From: a virus
Lineage: Duplodnaviria > Caudoviricetes
Length of the DNA: 53,690 bases
Strand: one strand, 5' to 3'
Virus record (IMG/VR): IMGVR_UViG_3300030060_000625
Span: 1-53,690 of that record
Shown: positions 17,138 through 27,095 of the stretch, one piece after another
Numbering within the stretch: the first letter of the stretch is position 1
How the letters are laid out: each line of letters starts with the position of its first letter
The notes under the pieces: model-generated
The model's database searches: none
Told to the model about the DNA's origin: nothing
What the model saw: the letters and a program-made list of their open reading frames with translations, nothing else
Program-made: the position numbers and the translations under genes

Positions 17138-19851
17138 TATGCCGCCCTAGCTACAAAACCACCATTTTGCATACCACCAATTCCTAAGAAAATATGACTT
17201 TTTATTTTAACATTTTCTACCATGTCTTTTGCCCAAGATGGTGGTTTTATTGTTTTAAAATTATAGTAGTGCGTAGACCCTTTAGTAATGTCAGGTAATT
17301 CACCTTTCATTATTTTATCAGCATCTTTTACAGCATTTTGAAATACTTTATCTTTATAATTTACTTTCATCATAGTTTTAAAGTTTTCGTATCTTGGACC
17401 CTTATAAGTTTCTGGGTCATCTAAATCAGGAAGTAATGCTGAAAACTGATGTTTTTTTGTAATAATTTCATTAATGTTTTTTCCAAATCTTTTTGGATAT
17501 TTTAAACGGTTTTTCATAACGTGCATAACAGCTTGCATACCTTCGCGGTCTTGATTTCTTGCCTCACCAATCGCTACTATGGCCATTAAAGCTAAGTCGG
17601 GAAGATCTTTTAAAGTCTGCATAGCTTGTTTAGCTTTAGCCATTTCTTCTGTTGGCATAGGTTTTTCTGGTTGACCAATGATATCTCCTAGTGTTTTATC
17701 ATCACCACCTATTCCCTCATCAGAATACGGTTCAGGAGTTGCCATAGGCTCTGTTCGTTTTTGCATAAACGGGTCTGGCCCTGCAGGTAATGGAGATGGT
17801 GATTCAGGAATATCTGAATATACTTCATCTCCTGCTTCAGGCATAGCTACACCTCCTGGTTCAGTTCCAATAGCGTACCCCTGTGGCGCAGCAAAACCTT
17901 GTTGTACAACACGGCCCATTGGGTCAACCATTGGAGGTTGTTGTGCTTGCCTACGTGTGCGCTCAAGAGCTTGCATTTGATTATAAGCAGAAGGTGATTG
18001 TTGTGACGCATCAGCTTCTAGCACTGCAGCACTTGTTTGCATTTGTTTCTTTTGCGGATCATCTACAAACCCGCCTTGTTGCATCATTGGTGCTTGGGGT
18101 GCTGAAGCTGCCTGTGCTGGTGCTGGTGCAGGTTGTGCTTCAGCCATAGGCTGCTGCTCCTGCATAGATGGTTGTTTTTCTTCTTCAAGACGCTTACGCA
18201 GGTCGAGACCTTCTTGCCTGATTTTATCAAGATACTTTTTGCCACCGCCAAAGAACGGCACAAGCATTTTAGGAATGTGGTATTCATAGTTACTTACTTT
18301 AATTGGTACATCATCAGTCGGGTCTAGGTCTGTGCCTTTAAGATTAACGCCGTTCTTCATTGCTAGGTCGATAGCTTCTTTAGCGTAACGGTTGAGGTCT
18401 TTTAGACCAACTAGTAATACTGTCTCATAGGGTAGAATGTAGTCACCTGCATCAGCTTCGCGTGGTATGTCGTCCTTCACAGACACTGCACCGCCCTGTT
18501 GTGGTTGCGCTGCTTGTTCGTTGATCATGCCAAGGTTGGACATGTCGGCTTCTGCACCCTGTGGTGCCATGCCGCCATCTTGCATTTTAATAACACCACC
18601 GTCTTTCCACCAACCTCCAGGGTCGTCCATACCTATATCTTCACCACTTAAACCACTGCCTGGACTGTCATCCATGCCGCTGTCTTGGGAGCCGCCTCCA
18701 ATATCAATATCTTGTTGTTCTTGTTCTTTAGTGAAAGCTGCTGCTTCTTTTGATAGCGCATCGTATTCTTCGTCTAGCTCACGGTCAAAACCATCGGGTC
18801 TGTCTAAAGCTCTAACTATAGCAGCATTTTGTCTAGCTCTTTCTGCGTTATCAGAAGTTATTGACTTCCAACTGCCTTCTCTTTGGTTTACAATTCTTTC
18901 AGCTAACAAGGGATCAGTCATTGTTAAATCTTTAAAAGCATCATATGTACCCATTGCTGAAGTTCGACCAGCGGCATCTACATACGTACCATCTCTTTGG
19001 TAGCCCTCAAGAAATCCACTTCTACCTCCTGGCTCCATAGCATCAAAACCAGCGGTTGTTAGTAATTTATTAATACCTCTAAATAAAATATTATTGTTAT
19101 CTCTCTCAGCAGCAATACGGTCGTATTCTTCTATGGATATAGCTTTACCTGTGCGATAATCTACTGGCTCACCAGCATTATTCATATGAGTGATACCTTG
19201 TTGAAAAGCTGCAATTTGATCATCGTTTAGAATACCCCTTGAAATCATATCATCAATTTGATCTGTAGTGTATCCATCTAAAGCAGTGTATACGTTTTCA
19301 GATTGAGCCAAATTTAACATAGTTGTCCCAGGAGCCATTAACAATCCAGGTATTGTTGCTAAAGTAAAATCAGGATTAGCTATTGGTTCAGCATAATTTG
19401 TTGCTTCATCTGAAGGGCCAGGACCACCCTCATCGACAGCCTCACGTTGCGTTTGTATAACAGATTTAGGTGCAGTAACTGACTCTACAGCAGGTGCGGG
19501 TGCGGCTGATTCTGTAGATGCTTGTTGAGCTAACGACATTCTTTTAGAAAAAGAACCAAAAGGAGATGATGTAAATGTGTTAAGACCGCTGGGCATTAAA
19601 CCTGATTTTGTTGCCGTGCGATAAAATTTTTGTGCCGAAACACCTTTAGGAACATCAGGTAATAGCTCGTCTTGACGGACGGCTACTCCTTCATTTATTT
19701 TTTCAACAATTTCAGGCCAAGAAAGTTTTTTCTTACCAGAAACAGAAGACCTAATACCTTGTGGTGTTATTGTTCCAGGTTCAATAGTTGTACCTGTAGA
19801 TTCTGTTAGTGCGTCTTCAAATTGTTGAGCGATTTCCTCTAGTGTTGCCAT
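17137..19851 (-). CDS. Large low-complexity protein with a C-terminal SleB-like (Hydrolase_2) cell-wall hydrolase domain (904 aa)
   Basis: AIGEARNQ...GMQAVMHVMKNR...HQFS...GSTHYY...PSWA...IKSHIF is the SleB/Hydrolase_2 signature with catalytic Glu. Confidence 0.8.
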   Translation of the reverse strand: MATLEEIAQQFEDALTESTGTTIEPGTITPQGIRSSVSGKKKLSWPEIVEKINEGVAVRQDELLPDVPKGVSAQKFYRTATKSGLMPSGLNTFTSSPFGSFSKRMSLAQQASTESAAPAPAVESVTAPKSVIQTQREAVDEGGPGPSDEATNYAEPIANPDFTLATIPGLLMAPGTTMLNLAQSENVYTALDGYTTDQIDDMISRGILNDDQIAAFQQGITHMNNAGEPVDYRTGKAISIEEYDRIAAERDNNNILFRGINKLLTTAGFDAMEPGGRSGFLEGYQRDGTYVDAAGRTSAMGTYDAFKDLTMTDPLLAERIVNQREGSWKSITSDNAERARQNAAIVRALDRPDGFDRELDEEYDALSKEAAAFTKEQEQQDIDIGGGSQDSGMDDSPGSGLSGEDIGMDDPGGWWKDGGVIKMQDGGMAPQGAEADMSNLGMINEQAAQPQQGGAVSVKDDIPREADAGDYILPYETVLLVGLKDLNRYAKEAIDLAMKNGVNLKGTDLDPTDDVPIKVSNYEYHIPKMLVPFFGGGKKYLDKIRQEGLDLRKRLEEEKQPSMQEQQPMAEAQPAPAPAQAASAPQAPMMQQGGFVDDPQKKQMQTSAAVLEADASQQSPSAYNQMQALERTRRQAQQPPMVDPMGRVVQQGFAAPQGYAIGTEPGGVAMPEAGDEVYSDIPESPSPLPAGPDPFMQKRTEPMATPEPYSDEGIGGDDKTLGDIIGQPEKPMPTEEMAKAKQAMQTLKDLPDLALMAIVAIGEARNQDREGMQAVMHVMKNRLKYPKRFGKNINEIITKKHQFSALLPDLDDPETYKGPRYENFKTMMKVNYKDKVFQNAVKDADKIMKGELPDITKGSTHYYNFKTIKPPSWAKDMVENVKIKSHIFLGIGGMQNGGFVARAA

Positions 19852-20077
19852 CTTTATGTGCCTTTATGGTAGCTTGTGTAGCATCCTTTAGGTTAATTAA
19901 GGTTCCCAGTAAATCCAGCTTGCCCTGGAGACGGCGCAGTTCCAATTCCGATTCCACCACCACCAACTGCCGTGTCATCATTTGGGCCATTTCCTTGAGG
20001 TAGCTTTCCAGCCCCTGCCATTCCAGGTTGCTGTTGGCCAGAGGCAGCAGCTTCTGGGCTTGCTCCTTGTTGATCAT
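19817..20077 (-). CDS. Hypothetical helical protein (86 aa) overlapping the portal 3' end
   Basis: AAGGA Shine-Dalgarno; ELRRLQGKL pattern typical of small post-portal genes. Confidence 0.65.
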   Translation of the reverse strand: MINKEQAQKLLPLANSNLEWQGLESYLKEMAQMMTRQLVVVESELELRRLQGKLDLLGTLINLKDATQATIKAHKDGNTRGNRSTI

Positions 20078-22031
20078 TAGGCATGAGTCCTTTTAATACT
20101 TCTGCAAAAATTGCTGCATCGTTTATGTCGTTTACTAGTAAGTCTGGTTCGATATCTTGACTTATTGCAAGCTCTCGAATCAGGTTTGGTATTTTTATAA
20201 ACGGTGCCAGCATCGGATTCGCAACTGTCTGGAGCAAAGCTGTTAATCGTTGGGTGCGTACTTCCTTTTGTATTACTGCACTGGTTCCTTTTGGTTTAAT
20301 TTCTAGATCACCAATCATTTCTGGTGTCTTGTCGTTAAACTGCATGTTCCACTGAAAGAAAGCTTCTCCTAGTGGTTTAAGAAGAAAGTCATCAATGTTC
20401 TTGATAACAGTCTTTACGCTAAGTCCTGCGCTAGACATCAACATGCTTAGTCCAGCAGCAGTTCGTCCTGTTCCTGTAACACCAGTCTGACCATGTATAA
20501 TAGACGGTATGCCTGTCTGCTCGTCAGCAAGTTGCCTTGCCTTGTCAAACATCTGCACGTTCTCTACTGCAGTGCTAGGAAACTTAATGCCGTTCACGGC
20601 TGTGCCTGTAACACCAGACTGCCGCCTAAATATCTTACCTGGGTATACGTCCATTGTTTGACCAGGAACAAGCTGTGTTTCGTCTATGTCAAACACAAGA
20701 TTACCTGCCAATGCTAGGTTGTCGATAGCCATACGAATGTGACCATTCATTAGCATTTGGCTATCTTCCATGTTCTCTGCTACGCCTACACCAAACAACT
20801 GGTAGGGATTGAGTTCATACGGGAAAGCTTGAAACGGTATACGTGCAGGAATAAACGGATTGGCTACGAACCGTAGTATCTCGTTGCCAGATATCCATAT
20901 GTTTACTTGGACGGCATCGCCTTGCTGAATTTCTTTCGGAGCTTCGATACCAAGCTCTTCAGCGAACTTAGCGTCCATCGCACCCCAATACTCGTATACT
21001 TCAAAACGCCGTCCTTGATAGTTAGGATCATCGTCATTAGCATAGAGAGTGCTTTCATAATATTTTTCTTCATAGTTAGGTCCACCTTGTAAAACATTTT
21101 CTATTGCTTCTTCGTTAAAGAAAGGGCGATTACCTAGATCACGTATCTGCTCCCTATTCATGCGGTGTCGTTGAATAACGTAATCTGCATCTCCTAAACT
21201 TGTAGCACTTGGGTCGGGATAAAAGTCCCAGCAACTTACTGCTTCGACGCGAGGTACAACCTTGTTTGCAGGGGAGTATTCACCGTTCTGCCAATTGTGT
21301 ACTGTTTTGTTGTAATTGAATGGACCTTTTATTATTCCTGTGCCAAGCAGCGCACACTCAAATATAGCGTGACGTAATACAGTAACAGCGTTAGTGTCTA
21401 GTAGCTGGTCCTGTATGCACGTTTCCATGTTACGTGCTGTTTCTGCTGCAGGACTAATTTGTGGTTCTCCTGCGCGAGAGGGACCAGAAGCTAAGTTAGC
21501 CCCTTCGTACCTATCTTCAAGACCACTAAGCATTGCCGCTGTTGGTCCTTGTGGACCTTGTTGCATCTCTGTAGCTTGTGTAGCACCTGGAAGCAGTTCT
21601 CTACCGTCACCTTCGTAACCAAATAGATCAGTTTGTTCTGGCTGTCTTTCCTCTATTGGAATTTGAGACAAGTGGGCAAACTTGTCGATACCCTCTGGTA
21701 TTGGTGTAGATTCAACAGAGATAGGAAACTTGCTGTTAGCAAATAGTATGTCAATAATTTGACCATACGCAGCAAGAACCTTCGTCTTTGTTATCTTTAC
21801 AAAAACTTGGCTACGCTCGTTGTCACGATACTGCGTAGTAGAGTCGTAGATACCACGATAGTTCTTGTAGGCTTTTAGCCACCGATCTTCGTCGTTTCTA
21901 CGTCCTGTCTCTGCATCTGAAAACCGTGCCTTAACAGTACCAATAATACTGTTAAAGTCTTCACGGTTCTCACCAAGGTCTATTAGCCCTTCTGTCTCTT
22001 CGTCTTCGTCTAGAAAAGATTCGTCAGCCAT
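19893..22031 (-). CDS. Portal protein (712 aa)
   Basis: WLKAYKNYRG, FVKITKTKVLAAYGQI, WDFYPDP, GTGRTAAGLSML; size and position after TerL. Confidence 0.88.
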   Translation of the reverse strand: MADESFLDEDEETEGLIDLGENREDFNSIIGTVKARFSDAETGRRNDEDRWLKAYKNYRGIYDSTTQYRDNERSQVFVKITKTKVLAAYGQIIDILFANSKFPISVESTPIPEGIDKFAHLSQIPIEERQPEQTDLFGYEGDGRELLPGATQATEMQQGPQGPTAAMLSGLEDRYEGANLASGPSRAGEPQISPAAETARNMETCIQDQLLDTNAVTVLRHAIFECALLGTGIIKGPFNYNKTVHNWQNGEYSPANKVVPRVEAVSCWDFYPDPSATSLGDADYVIQRHRMNREQIRDLGNRPFFNEEAIENVLQGGPNYEEKYYESTLYANDDDPNYQGRRFEVYEYWGAMDAKFAEELGIEAPKEIQQGDAVQVNIWISGNEILRFVANPFIPARIPFQAFPYELNPYQLFGVGVAENMEDSQMLMNGHIRMAIDNLALAGNLVFDIDETQLVPGQTMDVYPGKIFRRQSGVTGTAVNGIKFPSTAVENVQMFDKARQLADEQTGIPSIIHGQTGVTGTGRTAAGLSMLMSSAGLSVKTVIKNIDDFLLKPLGEAFFQWNMQFNDKTPEMIGDLEIKPKGTSAVIQKEVRTQRLTALLQTVANPMLAPFIKIPNLIRELAISQDIEPDLLVNDINDAAIFAEVLKGLMPNDQQGASPEAAASGQQQPGMAGAGKLPQGNGPNDDTAVGGGGIGIGTAPSPGQAGFTGNLN

Positions 22032-22045
22032 TGTAACTCTTTCTT

Positions 22046-22279
22046 TTAGCTGTAGATGCCTTGTTTGTCAGAAGCCATAATCATGGAGGCTTGACCCATG
22101 TGCTTGTTACCAGCTTCCGAAGGTGCATCTTCTGTGAGCTTGCCTACGTTAATTGTGGTGTTGAACTCTAGCGGCTCACGATATAGTGATGCCTCGTTTG
22201 CGTCAGACATTTCGCCTTGCTTGCTCATCTGGCCCATGATGTAGCCAGCCTTGTATGCTTGTGGATTACCTTGTGGCAT
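22046..22279 (-). CDS. Hypothetical protein (77 aa)
   Basis: Strong AAGGAG Shine-Dalgarno; fills the gap before the portal gene. Confidence 0.7.
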   Translation of the reverse strand: MPQGNPQAYKAGYIMGQMSKQGEMSDANEASLYREPLEFNTTINVGKLTEDAPSEAGNKHMGQASMIMASDKQGIYS

Positions 22280-22293
22280 TTACTTTCTCCTTT

Positions 22294-24834
22294 TTAATTA
22301 GGTCTGTTTGCGAAGTACCCTCTGTACCTCTGTGTTAGAGACTCACTCTCAAATTTGTCTTCAGCCTCTTGAACCATTTGACTTCGTTGTTGTGCAAATG
22401 GTGCTACCGTTTGTTTAGACCTACTTAGTAGTTCTTCTCTAGTAGGACTAAACAGTTGTCTTGATTTTGTTCCTGCAGAATCAACTACAGCCTCTCTTTG
22501 ACGACCTGCTAGTTCCCGCTGCATCTTATCTGTTAGTGCTTCTTCTGTTGCATCGCGATTAACAAAACGTTGTGGACTTCCAGGTGCAGCCATGCCTGTT
22601 TCTAAACTTTCCATTAGCTGCTCTGATTCTAAATCTTCTTCTGCTACACCTGCAGTTGTTGCATCAAAGGCAAACTCAGCCGCTTCTGCACCTTTAGCTA
22701 ATAGCCCTACTGTGCCGCCAGCAATAATAGGAGCTACTGTCTTAATTATTTTAGGAATAAGTTTTGGAAAATCTGCTCTTCGTTTTGCATTTATATCTTG
22801 TCTAAATAACTCTTGTTCTCTCGGCGTTAGATTATCGTAGTCATCTGCTTCTTCTTGTGTGATGTACTTTCCTACGTATATCTGAGGATTATATTTAAAG
22901 ACAGTTTTAGGTTTCTCTTCAGGCAGAGCCTCACCCATCTGTTGTTGTGTGGGTGTAGTTGGTTTTTTTTGTTGTCGTTTTCTTTCTGCTGCTTCTTCTT
23001 GTGCTGCTATAAACTCTGGGTCGTTTGATATTTCAAGTATTTGTTTTTGCGTCTCTAGAGTTTCTAAGTCAATATCTGCCGCTGCTTTTTGCATTTTTGA
23101 AGCGTTGAGTCTGCTTTCTGCATCTAGTGCTTCCTTTTGTGCTTCTGTTAAAGGAACTGGTTTTTGTTTTTCTCTAGCTATCTGTCCAGTTTCAACAGTT
23201 TCCTCTAAAGGATCTACTATCTGTATGCCTTCAGAAAGACCAGAAGTATCTATATTTAATCTTGTAGGAAGAAAATCTAACGTTGGAGATTCGCTATACC
23301 AAGCAATCATATTTTCTATGCCTTGCAAAGCATCTCTCGTAAGATTTTTTTGAAGACCTTTTACAGGTGAGATATAATGTCCTCTTGTTATACCTGCAAG
23401 CCCTACAACATCTACCAATCCAGCAGAACCCTCTGTGTGTCCCATAACTTGACTTATAAGAGTACCTGCCATACCGTCTGGAAGACCTGAAGCCTTAACA
23501 GCTAAAGAGGGGAATATTTTTCTCCAATCAGACGGACCTTTTATAGACCTACCAAATGTATCTTTAAATTCTTGATCTAATATGTACTTTATCTTTTTTG
23601 TTTCTAAATTGCTTGCTAAAACTTTTTTTCCGTCTACTGTTACATATCTTGGAGAAAAAGCAGTTCTAACTTCATCAAGAGTAACAGAGAAAATTTTAAA
23701 ATTATCGTATTCTTTTCTTAATTTAGGATCGTTAATAAGTTCTGCTACAGTTTGCCCTTCTGAACCATACTGTTCTATAAATCTTGCATCTGCTCTTTCT
23801 TTAGCAGAACGTAAAATAGCACTTCCTAAATCGCCTATTTCAGACTTAGCTCTTGTTTTTTGACCTCTGCCATATTCTGTAATTGTAAAGATATCTCCAG
23901 CCCTTACGTCAGCGTTAGTTAGATTTATTGTTTCTCCTATTCTTTCTAATGTCATTGCGTTAAGACTTAGTATCGCTCTAATATCTTGAGTTTTAGTAAC
24001 GTCTATAGGGCCAGGAACAAGTTTTCCTGTTTTATCTTTTGAGTATTTAAAATATTGTAATTCGTTTATACCGTCTACAATACGAGGTATTATATTTCCT
24101 GGCTCTGGAATTTCATCAAATGCAGCAGAGAATCTACCTTGAAAAGCAATGGTTCTTGTTTTAGGTTTTCTTGTTTCAGAATCTTTTCCTGTTTGTAATG
24201 CTGTGCTTGAACCTTTATACTCTGTACCTTTTTCAGCGTTAGCGTCAAAATCTCTAACATCAAAACTTCTGGCAATGCCTTTATCACCCGTGATGCGTAA
24301 CCCCTCGCCAACAGTAAAGGGATATGATAGTCCTTTAAATTCGCTTCTGTTAGAACTTTTAACATTTGTAAAAAATTTTTGAGCGTTGTCTTCAACACCC
24401 ATGAAACCACCGCTATTAAAAAATGGAGCCTTTATTAAAGGGTGTTCCATTAACTCAAATACGCTATCTCTAGTAGCGAGATTAGAAAAAGGTGTATCTA
24501 GCGATTTCCCCATACCCTCAAATAGGTCAGTGGCTCTATTGACATACTTATCCCCAGCGCGTTCAGCCGCTGTTAAAAATTCTCTAATGGTCGCATCACC
24601 AGAAGATAATCTTTTAGCAAGATCAACATCGCTGATTTCTACAGGTTTAAATTTTCTTGTTTTTGAAGGTTCTGGTGCTTTTCTACGGGGTATGCTAAAA
24701 GACGGGTATTGTTTTGTATCATCTGTCGGCATTGTAAATAGACCTTTCGGTCCCTTGCCAATGCTTCTTTTTACTTCAGCAAGAGAAACCCTTCTATCGG
24801 GTATAAAGGAGGAAGATTTTTTATCGTCTGCCAT
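22294..24834 (-). CDS. 846-aa protein with a central tyrosine-recombinase-like catalytic domain
   Basis: R298 (LNAMTLERIGETINL), K326, S435-x-x-R438 (PSDWRKIF), H466 (ISQVMGH), Y487 (ITRGHY) in canonical order; start overlaps the TerL stop. Confidence 0.7.
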   Translation of the reverse strand: MADDKKSSSFIPDRRVSLAEVKRSIGKGPKGLFTMPTDDTKQYPSFSIPRRKAPEPSKTRKFKPVEISDVDLAKRLSSGDATIREFLTAAERAGDKYVNRATDLFEGMGKSLDTPFSNLATRDSVFELMEHPLIKAPFFNSGGFMGVEDNAQKFFTNVKSSNRSEFKGLSYPFTVGEGLRITGDKGIARSFDVRDFDANAEKGTEYKGSSTALQTGKDSETRKPKTRTIAFQGRFSAAFDEIPEPGNIIPRIVDGINELQYFKYSKDKTGKLVPGPIDVTKTQDIRAILSLNAMTLERIGETINLTNADVRAGDIFTITEYGRGQKTRAKSEIGDLGSAILRSAKERADARFIEQYGSEGQTVAELINDPKLRKEYDNFKIFSVTLDEVRTAFSPRYVTVDGKKVLASNLETKKIKYILDQEFKDTFGRSIKGPSDWRKIFPSLAVKASGLPDGMAGTLISQVMGHTEGSAGLVDVVGLAGITRGHYISPVKGLQKNLTRDALQGIENMIAWYSESPTLDFLPTRLNIDTSGLSEGIQIVDPLEETVETGQIAREKQKPVPLTEAQKEALDAESRLNASKMQKAAADIDLETLETQKQILEISNDPEFIAAQEEAAERKRQQKKPTTPTQQQMGEALPEEKPKTVFKYNPQIYVGKYITQEEADDYDNLTPREQELFRQDINAKRRADFPKLIPKIIKTVAPIIAGGTVGLLAKGAEAAEFAFDATTAGVAEEDLESEQLMESLETGMAAPGSPQRFVNRDATEEALTDKMQRELAGRQREAVVDSAGTKSRQLFSPTREELLSRSKQTVAPFAQQRSQMVQEAEDKFESESLTQRYRGYFANRPN

Positions 24835-26477
24835 CAGTAACCAAATACACTATCTGCGGGTTGAAACGAATCTTTCTTAATCTGATTAAATATGCTGTTT
24901 TGTGGTAAGCCTGTAGGTCGTGTCATGCACATATACCTTAAAGCATCGTAAGCGTGGTCATCTGCCTTCGTATCTACATCTTCACTGTTAGTCTTAGACA
25001 ACGGTATAGTAGGTAGAGTCCGTATGAGGTTGGTACACGTTGAGAATATCTTTAGTTTTGGTTCGTCTGTTCTCTCGTCTACTGCTAACCGTCGATGTAG
25101 TTCTATCTTTCCTGGTATTCTATTCTTATCTGCTGGAATCCATCGTGTTCCGTTACGTATCATAGTCTCAGCTATGCTTGGCCCTGTGCCGTGCTTTGAC
25201 CAACAAGCTCCATCTAACACAGAAATCTGCATGAGGGGATCATGTTCCTCTAATGCGTTGATTATTCGTGCCAGTGTCTCTCCTGTGTAGCCTTTGTCGT
25301 ACAGTTCTCTGTAAATCCAGATGTTTCCATCCCAATCTACAGCACCCCAAAGTACGCAACTAGGACTGCTATAACCATAGTCGGCTGCTCGTAGTCTAGG
25401 CCAGTTATATGGAACCTCAAACGGTTCAACAACGTGTTTTGACCTGTCAAACTCTGAGAAAGCAGCCCCATCCGCAACATCCCAGTCTCCTTCTAGCAGT
25501 CTTCTGCGCTCTACTTCAGGAAGAGACAGCAACATTGCCTCGTATTCGCCGCTCTCCATCAAAAACGGGTTATCTGTTAGTCTCGCAGGTATAAACCGTC
25601 TCTGATATAGTGGTTGATCTGCATTTGTTGGGTGATTTGGCCCGTAACGTAGAATATTACCACTATCTATGTCCGTAGCCCAAAATGGGTCATTGGGGAC
25701 CGCTGGGTCTACGAACATTTTCTTTAACCACCACCCACCTACACCTCCAGGGTTGGCAGAAGCTCTCATATACGTCTGTATCTCTGGGTCTGTGGTACGT
25801 AAACGAGAGCGAAGGTAGTTCCAAACGTATGGTGTAGGGTATTGACCCAGTTCATCTACACCAATCCACGTAAAACTCTGTCCTTGGTAGCGTGTAACGT
25901 CATTATCCTTGTCAACATAACTAAAAAGAGCCGTAGCACCGCTAGGAAAGGACCATGTATTCTTAGATTCTCTAAAAACTGCCCCTGGAAATGCCTTTGG
26001 ATACAGTTTCCGTGATTGATCTATTAGCTCTGTTAGCTCTGCCAGTGTCCGTCTTAGTAATAACGCTCTGTGGTTGCCGTTTGAGGCGTAACGTAAGAGG
26101 TCTACCAGCATTGCAAACGATTTACCGCCACCTGCAGCCCCACCATATAGCACTTCTTTCTCTGGTGCGGCTAGAAAGTCAACTTGTGGCCCTTTGTTGG
26201 GCCTAAAAACAACCTCTGTGTTCTCCTCAATTGACTCTCGTATGTCTTTGGGAAGTGATTTTATAAATTCTTGTGTTGTTGCACCACCAGAACTAGCTAT
26301 TTTCTGCCCATTTACCTGCTTAGTTTTGGTTTGTTGTAGTTTTTCTACCTTTTTCTCTAGAGCTTCTTGCTGTTTCTTGGCATCTCGTAGCTTACGCTGT
26401 GCTTCTTGCTTCTTTTTGCGTACACGGGATACGTTGTAACGGCCTTTTTCTCCTGGCTTTAGCTTGGGTCTTGCCAT
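24834..26477 (-). CDS. terL: Terminase large subunit (547 aa)
   Basis: Walker A YGGAAGGGKS, Walker B IGVDE, SANPGG coupling motif, nuclease DYG and DDHAYDALRY. Confidence 0.95.
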   Translation of the reverse strand: MARPKLKPGEKGRYNVSRVRKKKQEAQRKLRDAKKQQEALEKKVEKLQQTKTKQVNGQKIASSGGATTQEFIKSLPKDIRESIEENTEVVFRPNKGPQVDFLAAPEKEVLYGGAAGGGKSFAMLVDLLRYASNGNHRALLLRRTLAELTELIDQSRKLYPKAFPGAVFRESKNTWSFPSGATALFSYVDKDNDVTRYQGQSFTWIGVDELGQYPTPYVWNYLRSRLRTTDPEIQTYMRASANPGGVGGWWLKKMFVDPAVPNDPFWATDIDSGNILRYGPNHPTNADQPLYQRRFIPARLTDNPFLMESGEYEAMLLSLPEVERRRLLEGDWDVADGAAFSEFDRSKHVVEPFEVPYNWPRLRAADYGYSSPSCVLWGAVDWDGNIWIYRELYDKGYTGETLARIINALEEHDPLMQISVLDGACWSKHGTGPSIAETMIRNGTRWIPADKNRIPGKIELHRRLAVDERTDEPKLKIFSTCTNLIRTLPTIPLSKTNSEDVDTKADDHAYDALRYMCMTRPTGLPQNSIFNQIKKDSFQPADSVFGY

Positions 26478-26620
26478 TACTTTTTATTTTTTTTCACACT
26501 CTTCAAATACTTTGCAACACGTTTAGCCTGACTAGCATGTAGACGGCTGGCTTTACGTAGTTCAGCGGGAACACTCTTAATTCCCTTCTTAACTGCTTTA
26601 TTTTTTCTCTTTACTGCCAT
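26477..26620 (-). CDS. Small Lys-rich protein (47 aa; start adjusted to MAVKRKNK)
   Basis: ATG at 26620 directly follows the upstream stop; ELRKASRLHASQAKRV pattern. Confidence 0.65.
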   Translation of the reverse strand: MAVKRKNKAVKKGIKSVPAELRKASRLHASQAKRVAKYLKSVKKNKK

Positions 26621-26621
26621 A

Positions 26622-26927
26622 CTACGCACTCGAATACCTTGGTTTTCTAATGGGACCACCAGAATACGCTTTCTTTACGATTGTTTTAACGTTTGTCGGT
26701 TTACCGCCTACACCTTGTGCCTTGGCTCTTTTACGTTGCACTGCACTTTTAATCTGTCCCTTGGTCATAGATGCAGCCTTAGACCGTGGCACACACTTAG
26801 GATAGGCTCGTTTACTCTTACTAGCAGACTTACGCCCACATGGTTGATACTTGCCCTTCTTCTTGGGTGCGCCTATGTCAACCCAATCACCTTTCGGACC
26901 CTTACCAAACCACTCCTTTAGGCTCAT
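26622..26927 (-). CDS. Basic conserved phage protein (DUF5872-like C-terminal part, 101 aa)
   Basis: SLKEWF...WVDIG...PCGR...YPKCVP pattern. Confidence 0.7.
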   Translation of the reverse strand: MSLKEWFGKGPKGDWVDIGAPKKKGKYQPCGRKSASKSKRAYPKCVPRSKAASMTKGQIKSAVQRKRAKAQGVGGKPTNVKTIVKKAYSGGPIRKPRYSSA

Positions 26928-27094
26928 GCGTAGGTTCCACCACGCTTCTTATAGGTTCTAACAAGCCAAGCGTTTGCATACGCACTAGGGTATACTTTAA
27001 ACTTACGCTTTGCCTCTGCCTTGACCTTTGAGTATAGAGCTTTGTTCTTGGGTGTGGGAGACTTAGACTTCTTAGCTTTTGCCTTTCTAGCCAT
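26924..27094 (-). CDS. Basic conserved phage protein (DUF5872-like N-terminal part, 56 aa)
   Basis: Own translation MARKAKAKKSKSPTPKNKALYSKVKAEAKRKFKVYPSAYANAWLVRTYKKRGGTYA; ATGA coupling to the next gene. Confidence 0.75.
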   Translation of the reverse strand: MARKAKAKKSKSPTPKNKALYSKVKAEAKRKFKVYPSAYANAWLVRTYKKRGGTYA

Positions 27095-27095
27095 C

